Shown here one piece after another: positions 29,586 to 39,261 of a stretch of DNA of 53,550 bases. Below the pieces are notes generated by a model. It was not told where the DNA came from. It did not search any database and was given only the letters and a program-made list of their open reading frames with translations. This stretch comes from an uncultured Clostridium sp. Lineage in GTDB: Bacteria; Bacillota; Clostridia; Oscillospirales; Acutalibacteraceae. The DNA is taken from positions 12,320 to 65,869 of the forward strand of contig CAYLOD010000001.1 of NCBI GenBank assembly GCA_964385235.1, in the 5' to 3' direction. A program made the position numbers and the translations under genes. Each line of letters opens with the position of its first letter. Position 1 is the stretch's first letter.

Positions 29586-30695
29586 TCACATTTCCTCAAT
29601 GATCTCCGCTATTTTCTCCTCGGGAATCTCAAGCCCGTATGCGTTTTCACCGAAGCGCATAACGCCGCCGATTTCTTTTTGGAAAACGAATCTCAGCTTG
29701 CCGTCGCGAACTTTTTTGTCGGTGTACAGCTTTTTTACGAGAGATTTTTTGTCTATATATTCGGGTATCTCAACGGGCAGTCCCGCTCTCCTGTAAAGCT
29801 CGATAACGCGGTTCATATTTTCGCTTGATATAAAGCCGAGCTTGCAGCCGAGCCTTACCTGAGCTGTCATTCCTATCGCGAGAGCCTCTCCGTGAAGCAG
29901 TCTGTATTCGGATACCGTTTCTATCGCCCTGCCGACAGTATGTCCGAGGTTGAGAATTTCTCTCAAGCCGCTCTCGCGCTCGTCCTTCATAACGACGTTA
30001 TATTTCACACGGCAGTTTCTCTGCGCTATATACTCACAAGCCTCTGTATCAATCGCAAATATTTTTTCTATGTTTTTTTCGAGATAGTCAAACATCTCCG
30101 CGTCGCCCAAGCAGGCGTGCTTTATCGTTTCGGACAGTCCGCTTGAGAGCTGTCTTTTCGGGAGCGTCTTCCATGTGTCAATATCGATATAAACCTTTTT
30201 CGGCTGATTAAATATGCCGATAAGATTGGTCGCAAGCGGAGTATCAACAGCGGTTTTTCCTCCGATAGACGCGTCAGCCGCGGACAGAAGCGTCGTCGCG
30301 TAATTGATAAACGGCACGCCGCGTCCGAATGTCCCCGCCGTGAAGCCCGCCAAGTCCGTTACGACGCCGCCGCCGACGGCTATCACACAACAGTCACGCC
30401 GGTAACCTTTCTCAAGCATCGAATCCTCGACAAACTCCTTCATCTGTCTTGTCTTTGACTTTTCTCCGGCAGGTATGACAAACATATCAGCCTTATATCC
30501 CGCCGCGGTCAGCTTGTCAAGTATATCCGCCGCACATAAGGTTTCAACTGTTGAGTCTGTAATAACGGCAAACTTTTTTATACTTCCCGCCAAGCCGTTC
30601 TTAATATCACTGATAAGAGTATCTGAAAGCTTGTGTCCGATCTCTATGTCATATGAGTCGTCAACGACTTTTTTCAGCTCACAATAAAATTTCAT
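29586..30695 (-). CDS. aroB: 3-dehydroquinate synthase (sugar-phosphate cyclase family)
   Basis: GEKSK, GGGVVTDLAGF, DASIGGKT, LNLGHT, HGEA, DKK. Confidence 0.82.
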   Translation of the reverse strand: MKFYCELKKVVDDSYDIEIGHKLSDTLISDIKNGLAGSIKKFAVITDSTVETLCAADILDKLTAAGYKADMFVIPAGEKSKTRQMKEFVEDSMLEKGYRRDCCVIAVGGGVVTDLAGFTAGTFGRGVPFINYATTLLSAADASIGGKTAVDTPLATNLIGIFNQPKKVYIDIDTWKTLPKRQLSSGLSETIKHACLGDAEMFDYLEKNIEKIFAIDTEACEYIAQRNCRVKYNVVMKDERESGLREILNLGHTVGRAIETVSEYRLLHGEALAIGMTAQVRLGCKLGFISSENMNRVIELYRRAGLPVEIPEYIDKKSLVKKLYTDKKVRDGKLRFVFQKEIGGVMRFGENAYGLEIPEEKIAEIIEEM

Positions 30696-30749
30696 TTATA
30701 TCACCTGAATTTCTTTTAGCATATACAGTATATCATATTGCCGAAGATT

Positions 30750-31310
30750 TTAAAAGCTGTTTGTCCGCTGCACACTTTCCTTAAATATACGGTTATTTTC
30801 GACAAGCTCGTCAAATGTAACAGGAGAAAAGCCGTTTATGTCAACGCCCGCGTTAAGGGCGTTATCCATTGATTTGAGCAGTGTCCAGTAAAAATCCTTT
30901 GTATTGTTATGTATATGACCGTAAATAAGGAACGCTCCGTTGCCGGCGTTGTTCCACGTCATCATAGGATAGTGGCACAGCGTAAACCTGCGGTGGTTGT
31001 CTTTAAGCTCCAGCATAGGCGTGACGCTCTCAAAGTATCGGTTCATGTCCGTTTTCTTAATCCACTGCTTGTCGTGGTTGCCTGTAATGAGATGCTTTCT
31101 GCCCTTGAGCTCCTGAAGTATTGAGTCAATACGGCTTGATGAGTAAAAAAACATATCCCCGACTATATATACAGTATCATTTTCTCCGACACGGCTGTTC
31201 CAGTTTCTTATCAGGGCATTATCCATTTCATCGACGCTGTCAAACGGGCGGTCGCAATGCCCGATGATATTCGCATGACCGAAATGCAAATCGCTTGTAA
31301 AGTAAACCGT
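30750..31310 (-). CDS. Calcineurin-like metallophosphoesterase
   Basis: YFTSDLHFGH, VGD, GNHD, LCHYP, YGHIH, NAGVD; the first motif needs a start at ACG 31310, upstream of the track's TTG 31289. Confidence 0.8.
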   Translation of the reverse strand, partial: TVYFTSDLHFGHANIIGHCDRPFDSVDEMDNALIRNWNSRVGENDTVYIVGDMFFYSSSRIDSILQELKGRKHLITGNHDKQWIKKTDMNRYFESVTPMLELKDNHRRFTLCHYPMMTWNNAGNGAFLIYGHIHNNTKDFYWTLLKSMDNALNAGVDINGFSPVTFDELVENNRIFKESVQRTNSF

Positions 31311-31392
31311 ATAATCACCCTCTCATCTGTCATAATATCGGGCAATAGTATGAACCGTAAACGCAGGCCGCGATTCATGAAATAATTCCGCA

Positions 31393-32106
31393 TCAATCAT
31401 CAGCTTCGGAAAAATTCTCAAATTCGCTCCTGAGTCCCATTACGTCGCTTATCGGCAGACTGAAAACTATGCTCCTTGCTTCGGTTTTCATTCCGGCATT
31501 CGCCATAATCGCCTTCATGATATCATTTTTAGTTGCAATATCGGAAACGATAAAGACCATGTCCTTTTCCTCGGCAATAGACACGCCAAAGAATTTTTCC
31601 TCCTGCTTCTTTTCCGTACCTCTCGCATGAATCGCGGTGCCGCCTCTCGCATTAACACCTCGTGCGGCGTCCATAACTGCATCGACATATCCTCTGTTTG
31701 TAATTGCTATAATAAGTTCATGACTGTGTTCAGCGTTCATTTTTGATCTGTTCTCCTTAATATTATCTATTTTAATATTGTCGTCACCACTCAGATACCT
31801 CAGCGTACCGGCTCCGCCAACGCTTGCTACGGGAATCGCGAATGCTATCCCGTTGCCCGGTATATCAAGATCCATTTTTGCCATAAGAGTTTTCATTGCC
31901 GCTTTCAGCTTTTCATACGGCAGAACCGATAAAAGAATATCCTTTTCGGGCTCCGCCAAACCGAGGTATTTTCTTATATCGTCGCTCGCGGTACCTCTGC
32001 CGTGTGCAAACAGAGCGAAAGATATATTTTTCTCCTTGAAAATATTTTCAACATGAGTGCCCTTTCCTCTGTCAACTATCACGGTCAAAAATGCCAATTC
32101 ATTCAT
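31393..32106 (-). CDS. Tandem (two-domain) P-II-like protein
   Basis: Two repeats with HGRGTA / HARGTE, EKD, and GNGIAFAIPV / SIVFSLPI. Confidence 0.8.
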   Translation of the reverse strand: MNELAFLTVIVDRGKGTHVENIFKEKNISFALFAHGRGTASDDIRKYLGLAEPEKDILLSVLPYEKLKAAMKTLMAKMDLDIPGNGIAFAIPVASVGGAGTLRYLSGDDNIKIDNIKENRSKMNAEHSHELIIAITNRGYVDAVMDAARGVNARGGTAIHARGTEKKQEEKFFGVSIAEEKDMVFIVSDIATKNDIMKAIMANAGMKTEARSIVFSLPISDVMGLRSEFENFSEADD

Positions 32107-32136
32107 ATTGTCACCCTTTTCGCTTCACGATCATAT

Positions 32137-33660
32137 CTATTCAAGTTCAATAATTTCATCGTCCCCGGCTGTTTCCTCAACATTTGTTTCTTTGGGGGCG
32201 GCTTTCTGCTTGAGCTTATAGTACAGACCCATGATCTGTATTGTAATAAGCGGAGTCATCGCTACCATCGCAACAACGCCGAAAGCGTCGTTTGCTATAT
32301 TTCCGCCGACCGCCGTGCACGCACCCATCGCAAACGGCAGCAGAAATGTCGCCGTCATCGGTCCCGAAGCAACTCCGCCCGAGTCGAAAGCTATAGAGGT
32401 GAATATCTTCGGCACAAGAAACGACAGAATGATTGCGAGCGCATATCCCGGGACTATAAACCACATAATTGATATTCCCGTAAGAACTCTTATCATAGCT
32501 AAGCCGAGAGATACGGAAACGCCGACAGAAAGGCACCTGCCCATAGACTTCGGTGAAATAGCACCGTCAGTTATCTCCTCGACCTGCTTGTTGAGAACAT
32601 GAACAGCAGGCTCCGCCGCTACTATAAAATACCCTATTATCATACTCAGCGGCACAAGTATCCATTTATACGGCAGCTTTCCGACAGCCTCTCCGAGATA
32701 ACTGCCCAATGGCATAAATCCGACGTTTACGCCCGTCAGGAAAAGCACAAGTCCCAAGTAAGTATATACAAGCCCTATTAAAATTTTTATAAGCTCACTC
32801 TTAGGAAGTTTTAATACAGCAAGATTATATATAATAAAAAACACAAGGATAGGAAAAAGTGAAATTGCAACCTCCATAAAGTACTTCGGAAGATTATCCA
32901 GAAAAACGCAGATTATCTCTCGTGAATTGCCGCTCATGACGGACGAAATTTCTGAGGCGTATGCGCCGCTGCCGGGTTTGTAGACCATTCCGAGTATCAG
33001 CACAGCCAGTATCGGTCCAATGGAGCAAAGCGCTACCAGGCCAAAGCTGTCCTTGTTTGCGTCCTTATCATTACGGATAGACGACACGCCTACACCGAGC
33101 GCCATAATAAACGGAACAGTCATAGGCCCCGTCGTTACGCCTCCGGAGTCAAAGGCAACGGCGAGAAAATCCCGCGGCACAAAAAGCGTCAGAACAAAAA
33201 CTATAACGTAAAGCGCAATAAGCAGTATCGTAAGCGGGATCTTGAAAACTATCCTCAGCAGCGCCATTACGAGGAAAAGTCCTACACCCAACGCTACCGA
33301 AATAATAAGCGTCAAATTCGGAACTCCCGGAACCTGTTCGGCGAGAACCTGCAAGTCAGGTTCGGCAACTGTTATGATGATTCCGATAATAAACGATACT
33401 ATGACTATGACTGTCAGCTTTCGTGATTTCGTCATGTGCGCGCCGATACGTTCGCCTATCATTGTCATAGACAGATCGGCGCCGAGCGTAAAAAGCCCCA
33501 TACCGACAACCAGCATTACAGCGCCTACAGCAAATCCAAGCAGAATATCCGAAGAAACAGGCGCTATTGTAAAGGTTATCAGCAAAACGATAAGTGTGAT
33601 CGGCAAAACAGACTTTAATGATTCTTTTACCTTATCAACCAGTAATTTGTTTTTCCGCAA
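32137..33660 (-). CDS. DUF1538 double-domain membrane protein
   Basis: AEPD/AEPA and AFDSGGV[TA][TS]GPMT each present twice; TTG 33660 after GGAGGGAG. Confidence 0.88.
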   Translation of the reverse strand: MRKNKLLVDKVKESLKSVLPITLIVLLITFTIAPVSSDILLGFAVGAVMLVVGMGLFTLGADLSMTMIGERIGAHMTKSRKLTVIVIVSFIIGIIITVAEPDLQVLAEQVPGVPNLTLIISVALGVGLFLVMALLRIVFKIPLTILLIALYVIVFVLTLFVPRDFLAVAFDSGGVTTGPMTVPFIMALGVGVSSIRNDKDANKDSFGLVALCSIGPILAVLILGMVYKPGSGAYASEISSVMSGNSREIICVFLDNLPKYFMEVAISLFPILVFFIIYNLAVLKLPKSELIKILIGLVYTYLGLVLFLTGVNVGFMPLGSYLGEAVGKLPYKWILVPLSMIIGYFIVAAEPAVHVLNKQVEEITDGAISPKSMGRCLSVGVSVSLGLAMIRVLTGISIMWFIVPGYALAIILSFLVPKIFTSIAFDSGGVASGPMTATFLLPFAMGACTAVGGNIANDAFGVVAMVAMTPLITIQIMGLYYKLKQKAAPKETNVEETAGDDEIIELE

Positions 33661-33856
33661 AAAAATCTCTCCCTCCGGCGACAAGGTACGCCACAATAAA
33701 AGCCGCTTTCAATCCGCTGACAAACTTTCCCTTTCACAGCTTGACAGCTATATCCTTATTTAATCAAAATTACAGTGATACTCTCCATTCAATATGGCTA
33801 TTGCCCCGTTATCGAGCGCATAAATCGCGGCGTGACAACCTCCTCAGTTATATACA

Positions 33857-33885
33857 ATAGTATCATAAAACGCATGAAAATACAA
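33857..33885 (-). promoter_or_regulatory. Sigma-A promoter upstream of the DUF1538 gene
   Basis: TTGTAT-17 nt-TACTAT with extended TG. Confidence 0.55.
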
Positions 33886-33941
33886 TGAATCTTAAATAAA
33901 AATGTGAGTCTTACCGGCGGGATATTTATTCGCAAGCGGGC

Positions 33942-33980
33942 AAAAAAACGGGGTGCGTCCCTTAATTGACACACCCCTGT
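33942..33980 (-). terminator. Intrinsic terminator after ispA
   Basis: GGGGTG[T/C]GTC stem followed by T7 on the minus strand. Confidence 0.7.
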
Positions 33981-33983
33981 CTG

Positions 33984-34859
33984 TTATTTTTTACGGTTTA
34001 AAAGCTCAACGGCAAAATCCCTGAGACTTGCCGACCTGTCCGCCTCAAAGACATCGAGGGCCGTCAAAGCTTCGTCCGTGAGCGCGGCGGCGATTTCCCT
34101 GCATTTCTTCTCGCCGTACAGTGACATGAATGTCGTTTTTTCGTTCTGCTCGTCACTTAAAACGGGCTTTCCGAGAATCTCCGTCGTAGAAACCACGTCG
34201 AGTACATCGTCTATTATTTGAAAAACAAGACCTATTTTCCCGCCGAAGATTTCAGCGGCTCTTATTTTTTCCTCGTCCGCATTCGCGGCGATACATCCGA
34301 GCATACACGACGCCTGCAGCAGCGCGCCCGTTTTCTTTCCGTACATTTTCTCAAGAATATCGGATTCAACTTTTTTCCCTTCTATGCTCAAGTCGATAAA
34401 CTGACCTCCGACCATTCCCTGAGCGCCCGCGAAATTCGCAAGAAGTCTGCCCGCCCTCGCGGCGGAATCAGGTGACGTCGCGCGCACAGCCCGTTCCGAC
34501 AGCACCGTTTCAAACGCAAGCGTCAGGAGCGCGTCGCCCGCCAGCAGAGCGGTATCCTCGCCGAACGCACAGTGGTTCGAGGGCTTTCCACGGCGCATAT
34601 CGTCATTATCCATACAGGGGAGATCGTCATGTATGAGAGAATAGGTATGGATCATCTCTACGGCACAAGCAAAGGCAAGCGCGTTCCCGGGCTCGCCTTT
34701 GCAGGCGCGGCAGAACTCAAGCGTCAGCTTGGGACGCACCCTCTTGCCGCCCGCCATAAGGCTGTATTCCATCGACTCGACAAGTCCGCGAATATCCCTG
34801 TCCCTCGCAAGGAACTCTGAAAGCGCGTTCTCTATCATATCGGAATATTCATTCATCAT
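33984..34859 (-). CDS. ispA: Farnesyl/geranylgeranyl diphosphate synthase
   Basis: GGKRVRP, SLIHDDLPCMD, RRGKP, FQIIDDVLD; follows xseB. Confidence 0.92.
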   Translation of the reverse strand: MMNEYSDMIENALSEFLARDRDIRGLVESMEYSLMAGGKRVRPKLTLEFCRACKGEPGNALAFACAVEMIHTYSLIHDDLPCMDNDDMRRGKPSNHCAFGEDTALLAGDALLTLAFETVLSERAVRATSPDSAARAGRLLANFAGAQGMVGGQFIDLSIEGKKVESDILEKMYGKKTGALLQASCMLGCIAANADEEKIRAAEIFGGKIGLVFQIIDDVLDVVSTTEILGKPVLSDEQNEKTTFMSLYGEKKCREIAAALTDEALTALDVFEADRSASLRDFAVELLNRKK

Positions 34860-35061
34860 CGTTTTCCCTCTCCTCTTCAATCTCGGAAAGCTCCGTTATT
34901 TTAAGCTCAGCCTTTTTAAGCGTTTCATAGCATGAAGCTGACAGCTTGGTACCCTCCTCAAACAGCTTCATCGACTCCTCAAGACTTGTCTTTCCGCTCT
35001 CAAGTTTTTCAACGATTTCACGCAGCTTTGCTATATTTTCTTCAAATGACGCTTTTTTCAT
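34849..35061 (-). CDS. xseB: Exodeoxyribonuclease VII small subunit
   Basis: SFEENIAKLREIVEKLESG..SLEESMKLFEEG. Confidence 0.93.
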   Translation of the reverse strand: MKKASFEENIAKLREIVEKLESGKTSLEESMKLFEEGTKLSASCYETLKKAELKITELSEIEEERENDDE

Positions 35062-35067
35062 TATATA

Positions 35068-36303
35068 TCAATCCTTTCGTTCGTCCCCGGCGCATTCCTC
35101 TGTGGAAACCGCCTTTACCTCACACAATGCTTTTCCGTCCTTAAATACCACATCGACGCTTTCGCCCTTTTTCAGCGAGGCGGCGCTTTTTACAATTCCG
35201 TTTTTGTTTTCGGCTATGCAATATCCCCTCGACAATACTGACAACGGGCTCAGCTCCTCAAGATTTGACGCGAGAGCCGCAAGACTGTAACTCTTTTTTG
35301 AAACAATATCTTTAAAGGCTCTCGTAATATTTGCATAAAGTACGGCAAGTTTGCCCTTGCGTGCGTTAATGTATTCTGTCGGTGCTGACAGAATTTTCGA
35401 GGAGGTCAGCCTGTCAAGCTCCTGATGGTATAAATCTATCCGGCTTTGCATTATTGACGGCAGAGAGGAGCTTACGCTCCTAAAATACGCCAAAAGCTCG
35501 GAAGAATTCGGCGTCGCAAGCTCCGCGGCGGCGGACGGTGTAGGCGCGCGCAGGTCGGAAACAAAGTCGCATATTGTAAAATCCGTTTCGTGCCCTACGG
35601 CAGAAATAACGGGAATATCCGAAGCGGCAATCTCTCGCGCAAGTCCCTCGTCATTAAACGCCCATAAATCCTCTATGGAGCCTCCTCCTCTGCCGATAAT
35701 TATAACATCGGCGGCATTCGCCCCGTTAAATCTCCGCACAGCGTCAATTAACTGTCCGGGCGCTGCTTCCCCCTGTACAAGCACAGGACAGAATACAACT
35801 TCGGCTATCGGATACCGTCTGCCCAATATGTTTTGTATATCCTTATAAGCCGCTCCCGTCGGAGAGGTTATAACTCCTATCCTGTCCGGAAACTGCGGGA
35901 TCGGCTTTTTCCTTTCGTCGCTGAACAGTCCCTCCGCAGAAAGCCTTTGTTTAAGCTGCTCATAGGCAAGGTTGAGTGCGCCTATGCCGTCCGGCTGCAT
36001 ATCCTCGATATAAAGCTGATACTGCCCTGTCGCCTCATAAACGGAAACTCTTCCGCGGGCTATGACCTTCATACCTTCCTCGGGTTTAAAGCGCAGTCCT
36101 TTTGCGTTATTCGCAAACATGACAGCCCGCACGACAGCCTTGTCGTCCTTCAGCGAAAGGTAAATATGCCCCGAACGATAGTGATCGGTAAGGTTTGAGA
36201 TCTCGCCGGATATATATACCTCGTGCAAAACGGTATTTTCATCGAGCAGTGACTTTATATAAAAGTTGAGTTGAGAAACGGTTATAACGGAAACTCCCGC
36301 CAT
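35068..36303 (-). CDS. xseA: Exodeoxyribonuclease VII large subunit
   Basis: GEISN, SGHIYLSLKD, RGGGSIEDLWAFN, GHETD, RAPTPSAAAE. Confidence 0.96.
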   Translation of the reverse strand: MAGVSVITVSQLNFYIKSLLDENTVLHEVYISGEISNLTDHYRSGHIYLSLKDDKAVVRAVMFANNAKGLRFKPEEGMKVIARGRVSVYEATGQYQLYIEDMQPDGIGALNLAYEQLKQRLSAEGLFSDERKKPIPQFPDRIGVITSPTGAAYKDIQNILGRRYPIAEVVFCPVLVQGEAAPGQLIDAVRRFNGANAADVIIIGRGGGSIEDLWAFNDEGLAREIAASDIPVISAVGHETDFTICDFVSDLRAPTPSAAAELATPNSSELLAYFRSVSSSLPSIMQSRIDLYHQELDRLTSSKILSAPTEYINARKGKLAVLYANITRAFKDIVSKKSYSLAALASNLEELSPLSVLSRGYCIAENKNGIVKSAASLKKGESVDVVFKDGKALCEVKAVSTEECAGDERKD

Positions 36304-37241
36304 TAGACTTCCCCCTTTTTGCTGAGCAGATTCGCAAGTATCGCCACTCCTGCGGCATTATCACCCGAATATTCCGGTTCGGCAAAATACGCTCCGTATT
36401 TTGCCACAAAGTATTTGCGAATAAGCGAGTTCGACATAACGCCTCCCGCAAACACAAGCGGCAAACTGCCGTATTTTCCCGTTAGGACAGCGCACATGCC
36501 GTCGAGCGTCTGCCTTATATTCATAATACAGGCATAAGCGACCTTTTCGGGCGGCTCGCCGTCAGCAATCATACGGGCGCAAATATTCTCCACGCCCGAG
36601 AGGCAGCAATCGGCGCCTTTCAGCGCCGCTCTCGCCGTCACGGTTCCGCCGTATTTAAGAGCCAGCCTTTCAAGCTCCGCTCCGCACGGAAAATGAAGTC
36701 CGAGCATTACGCCGACTCTGTCAACAAGCTGACCCGCGTTAAGGTCGAGCGTCTTAGCTATTATACTAATGTCAAACGGATACTCAGAGCCTTTTTCGAC
36801 AAGCAGAGCCTCCGTCGTACCGCCTGAAACATGAAATGCTATAAACCTGCCGTCTGTCAGGTTCAATTTCCCCGCGGAATAAAGCGCGGCGGCTATATGC
36901 CCCGCCTGATGCGAAACAGTATAGAGCGGAACAGAAAGCGCGGACGACAGCAGTCTAGCGGCATTAACTCCCACCGTAAAGCACGGCATATATGAGCCGT
37001 CAACGTCACGCGGCCTTGAGGAAACGGCTATTGCGCCGATCCTGCCATTAAAACCTTCTGTCGCGTCATCAAAAACATCAGCGAGCTGATTAGTATGGTG
37101 AAATACAGCGTCGCTTTGACGCAGACCCCGAGCGCCGTCCTTTACGGGCAAAAGCTTTTTTGAGTTCCTGATTATCCTCTCTCCGTCATACAGCGAAACC
37201 GAGGTCGTATAGTTGCTCGTATCTATACCGAGAGTAACCAT
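36303..37241 (-). CDS. TsaD/Kae1-like ASKHA protein (paralog)
   Basis: LGIDTSNYTTS, SHQAGH, VSGGTTE, GGVMSN, DNAAG. Confidence 0.78.
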   Translation of the reverse strand: MVTLGIDTSNYTTSVSLYDGERIIRNSKKLLPVKDGARGLRQSDAVFHHTNQLADVFDDATEGFNGRIGAIAVSSRPRDVDGSYMPCFTVGVNAARLLSSALSVPLYTVSHQAGHIAAALYSAGKLNLTDGRFIAFHVSGGTTEALLVEKGSEYPFDISIIAKTLDLNAGQLVDRVGVMLGLHFPCGAELERLALKYGGTVTARAALKGADCCLSGVENICARMIADGEPPEKVAYACIMNIRQTLDGMCAVLTGKYGSLPLVFAGGVMSNSLIRKYFVAKYGAYFAEPEYSGDNAAGVAILANLLSKKGEV

Positions 37242-37685
37242 TTATTCCTCACCGTTCTTTTTATCATGCGAACGCGCGACACTGCCGAGAACCCCGTTTA
37301 AAAACGAAGAATCCTTATCGCCTGCGTACTTTTTACAAAGCTGTACGGATTCGCTTATGGAAACGCTTGTCGGAATATCGCTCATAAACAGAATTTCATA
37401 TACGGCAATTCTGAGAAGCGTCAGAACAACGCGCGGGATTCGGTTTTTCTTCCATGACCTCAGATTTTTTTCGATTTCCGTGTCAATAGCCTCAAGATTA
37501 TCGTAAACGCCGTTTACAAGGAGCTTTGTAAATCTGCTTATCTCGGCGTCGCGGGCATCAACAGCGCTCTCGAAAACCTCTTCAGCCTCATCGTCCTTGA
37601 ACATACGCTCAAAGACCAGTAAAAACGCTTCCTCGCGTTCCTTGCGTCTGTGTGAGATTTTATTCATCTCGCTATTATTTTCCAT
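37242..37685 (-). CDS. nusB: Transcription antitermination factor NusB
   Basis: RRKEREEA, LRIAVYEI, SISESVQLCKKY, FLNGVLG. Confidence 0.93.
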   Translation of the reverse strand: MENNSEMNKISHRRKEREEAFLLVFERMFKDDEAEEVFESAVDARDAEISRFTKLLVNGVYDNLEAIDTEIEKNLRSWKKNRIPRVVLTLLRIAVYEILFMSDIPTSVSISESVQLCKKYAGDKDSSFLNGVLGSVARSHDKKNGEE

Positions 37686-37697
37686 ATCAAAGTTTCC

Positions 37698-38924
37698 TCA
37701 TTTAAGAATTATTTTATGAAATACCTTTTTGCCTTTTTTTATGACGATATAGCCCTTGTCAAAATCCCCGGGCTTTACCGCATAATCCGGGTCTGTTATC
37801 TTTTCGCCGTCTATCGAAAGTCCGCCCTGTGTCACAACACGTCTGCCCTCCGCTTTTGACGGGACTACACCGGACTTGACAAGCAAATCGAGAATTCCGA
37901 GTGCGCCGTTGCCGAAATCACCGTCTGAAATTTCAGTCCGAGGCATATTATCGGTGCCGCTTCCGCTTGCGAAAAGCGCCCGCGCGCCCTCAAGAGCCTT
38001 TTTCGCCTCTTCCTCGCCGTGGATCAGCTTAGTAACCTCAAACGCGAGTATCTCCTTTGCTTTGTTCAGTTCCTGTCCCTCAAGCCTTTCGAGCTCCCTG
38101 ATCTCCTCTAAGGGCAGGAATGTCAGCATTTTAAGGCATTTGATAACATCGGCGTCGCTCACGTTTCTCCAATACTGGAAAAAGTCATATGGGCTTGTCT
38201 TGTCGGGGTCAAGCCACACCGCGCCTTTCTCTGTCTTTCCCATTTTTCTGCCCTCGGAGTTGAGAAGCAGCTTTATAGTCATAACGTGTGAGTCCTTGCC
38301 GAGCTTTCTGCGGATAAGCTCCGTACCGCCGAGCATATTGCTCCACTGGTCGTCTCCGCCAAATTGAAGATTGCAGCCGTATTTCTGAAACAGCGTGTAG
38401 AAGTCATAGCTCTGCATTATCATATAGTTAAATTCTAAGAAACTGAGCCCGCGCTCCATACGCTGCTTGTAGCATTCCGCCGCAAGCATACGGTTCACGC
38501 TGAAATGCGAGCCGACTTCTCTCAAAAACTCAATATAATTGAGGCCGAGGAGCCAGTCGGCATTGTTTACCATTACAGCCTTATCCTCACCAAACTCGAT
38601 AAAACGGCTCATCTGCTTTTTAAAACATTCGCAGTTATGCTCGATAGTTTCCTTTGTCATCATCTTTCTCATATCGGTTTTGCCCGTCGGGTCGCCTATC
38701 ATCGCGGTACCGCCGCCAATAAGCGCAATAGGCTTGTTGCCCGCCATCTGCAGTCTTTTCATCAGGCAAAGCGCCATAAAGTGACCGGCATGAAGGCTGT
38801 CGGCAGTCGGGTCAAAACCTATATAGAACACCGCCTTGCCGCTATTGACAAGTCGTCTTATTTCTTCCCCGTCAGTTGTCTGCGCGATAAGTCCGCGCTC
38901 CTGAAGATCCTCGTATACTCCCAT
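37698..38924 (-). CDS. tyrS: Tyrosine-tRNA ligase
   Basis: [31 protein letters not shown]-terminal S4-like KKGKK. Confidence 0.97.
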   Translation of the reverse strand: MGVYEDLQERGLIAQTTDGEEIRRLVNSGKAVFYIGFDPTADSLHAGHFMALCLMKRLQMAGNKPIALIGGGTAMIGDPTGKTDMRKMMTKETIEHNCECFKKQMSRFIEFGEDKAVMVNNADWLLGLNYIEFLREVGSHFSVNRMLAAECYKQRMERGLSFLEFNYMIMQSYDFYTLFQKYGCNLQFGGDDQWSNMLGGTELIRRKLGKDSHVMTIKLLLNSEGRKMGKTEKGAVWLDPDKTSPYDFFQYWRNVSDADVIKCLKMLTFLPLEEIRELERLEGQELNKAKEILAFEVTKLIHGEEEAKKALEGARALFASGSGTDNMPRTEISDGDFGNGALGILDLLVKSGVVPSKAEGRRVVTQGGLSIDGEKITDPDYAVKPGDFDKGYIVIKKGKKVFHKIILK

Positions 38925-38946
38925 ACTTTTCCTTTCCTTTCATCTT

Positions 38947-39208
38947 AAAAAATAAAGCCCCCTGCAGACGCAGAGGGCGAATTACCGCGGTACCACCTCA
39001 TTCACCGTTTGAATAATCAAACGGTCTTACGGCAAAGCCGTTGCACCATAACGTGTGCCAAACGTCCCCGGCTACACGGTCTGCCATATATTAAGGAAGG
39101 CTTTCACAGGGGATACTCGGAGATGTATTTCATGCGCTGTTTCACACGGCTCTCACCAACCGCCGATTCTCTGACTGAAAGCGTTTCGCACTACTTCTTC
39201 CCGTCATA
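38947..39208 (-). ncRNA. T-box riboswitch leader with Tyr specifier
   Basis: Stem I elements AGTA, AGAGA, GGTGAGA; specifier GAAA-TAC (39125-39127); T-box AATGAGGTGGTACCGCG; terminator GCCCTCTGC/GCAGGGGGC-TTTATTTTT. Confidence 0.93.
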
Positions 39209-39232
39209 ATATCTGTTATATATAATGCCATA

Positions 39233-39261
39233 AGTATACACAAAATTTCCCGAAAAGTCAA
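39233..39261 (-). promoter_or_regulatory. Sigma-A promoter of the tyrS leader
   Basis: TTGACT-17 nt-TATACT. Confidence 0.75.

Noticed and set aside
31211-31396. 61-aa ORF as a frameshifted N-terminus of the phosphoesterase
   Set aside because: No slippery site seen; the family normally starts just before YFTSDxH, so ACG 31310 is the simpler reading
33700-33760. c-di-AMP (ydaO) riboswitch-like fragment GACAGCTA
   Set aside because: On the wrong strand for the downstream gene and other conserved elements are missing
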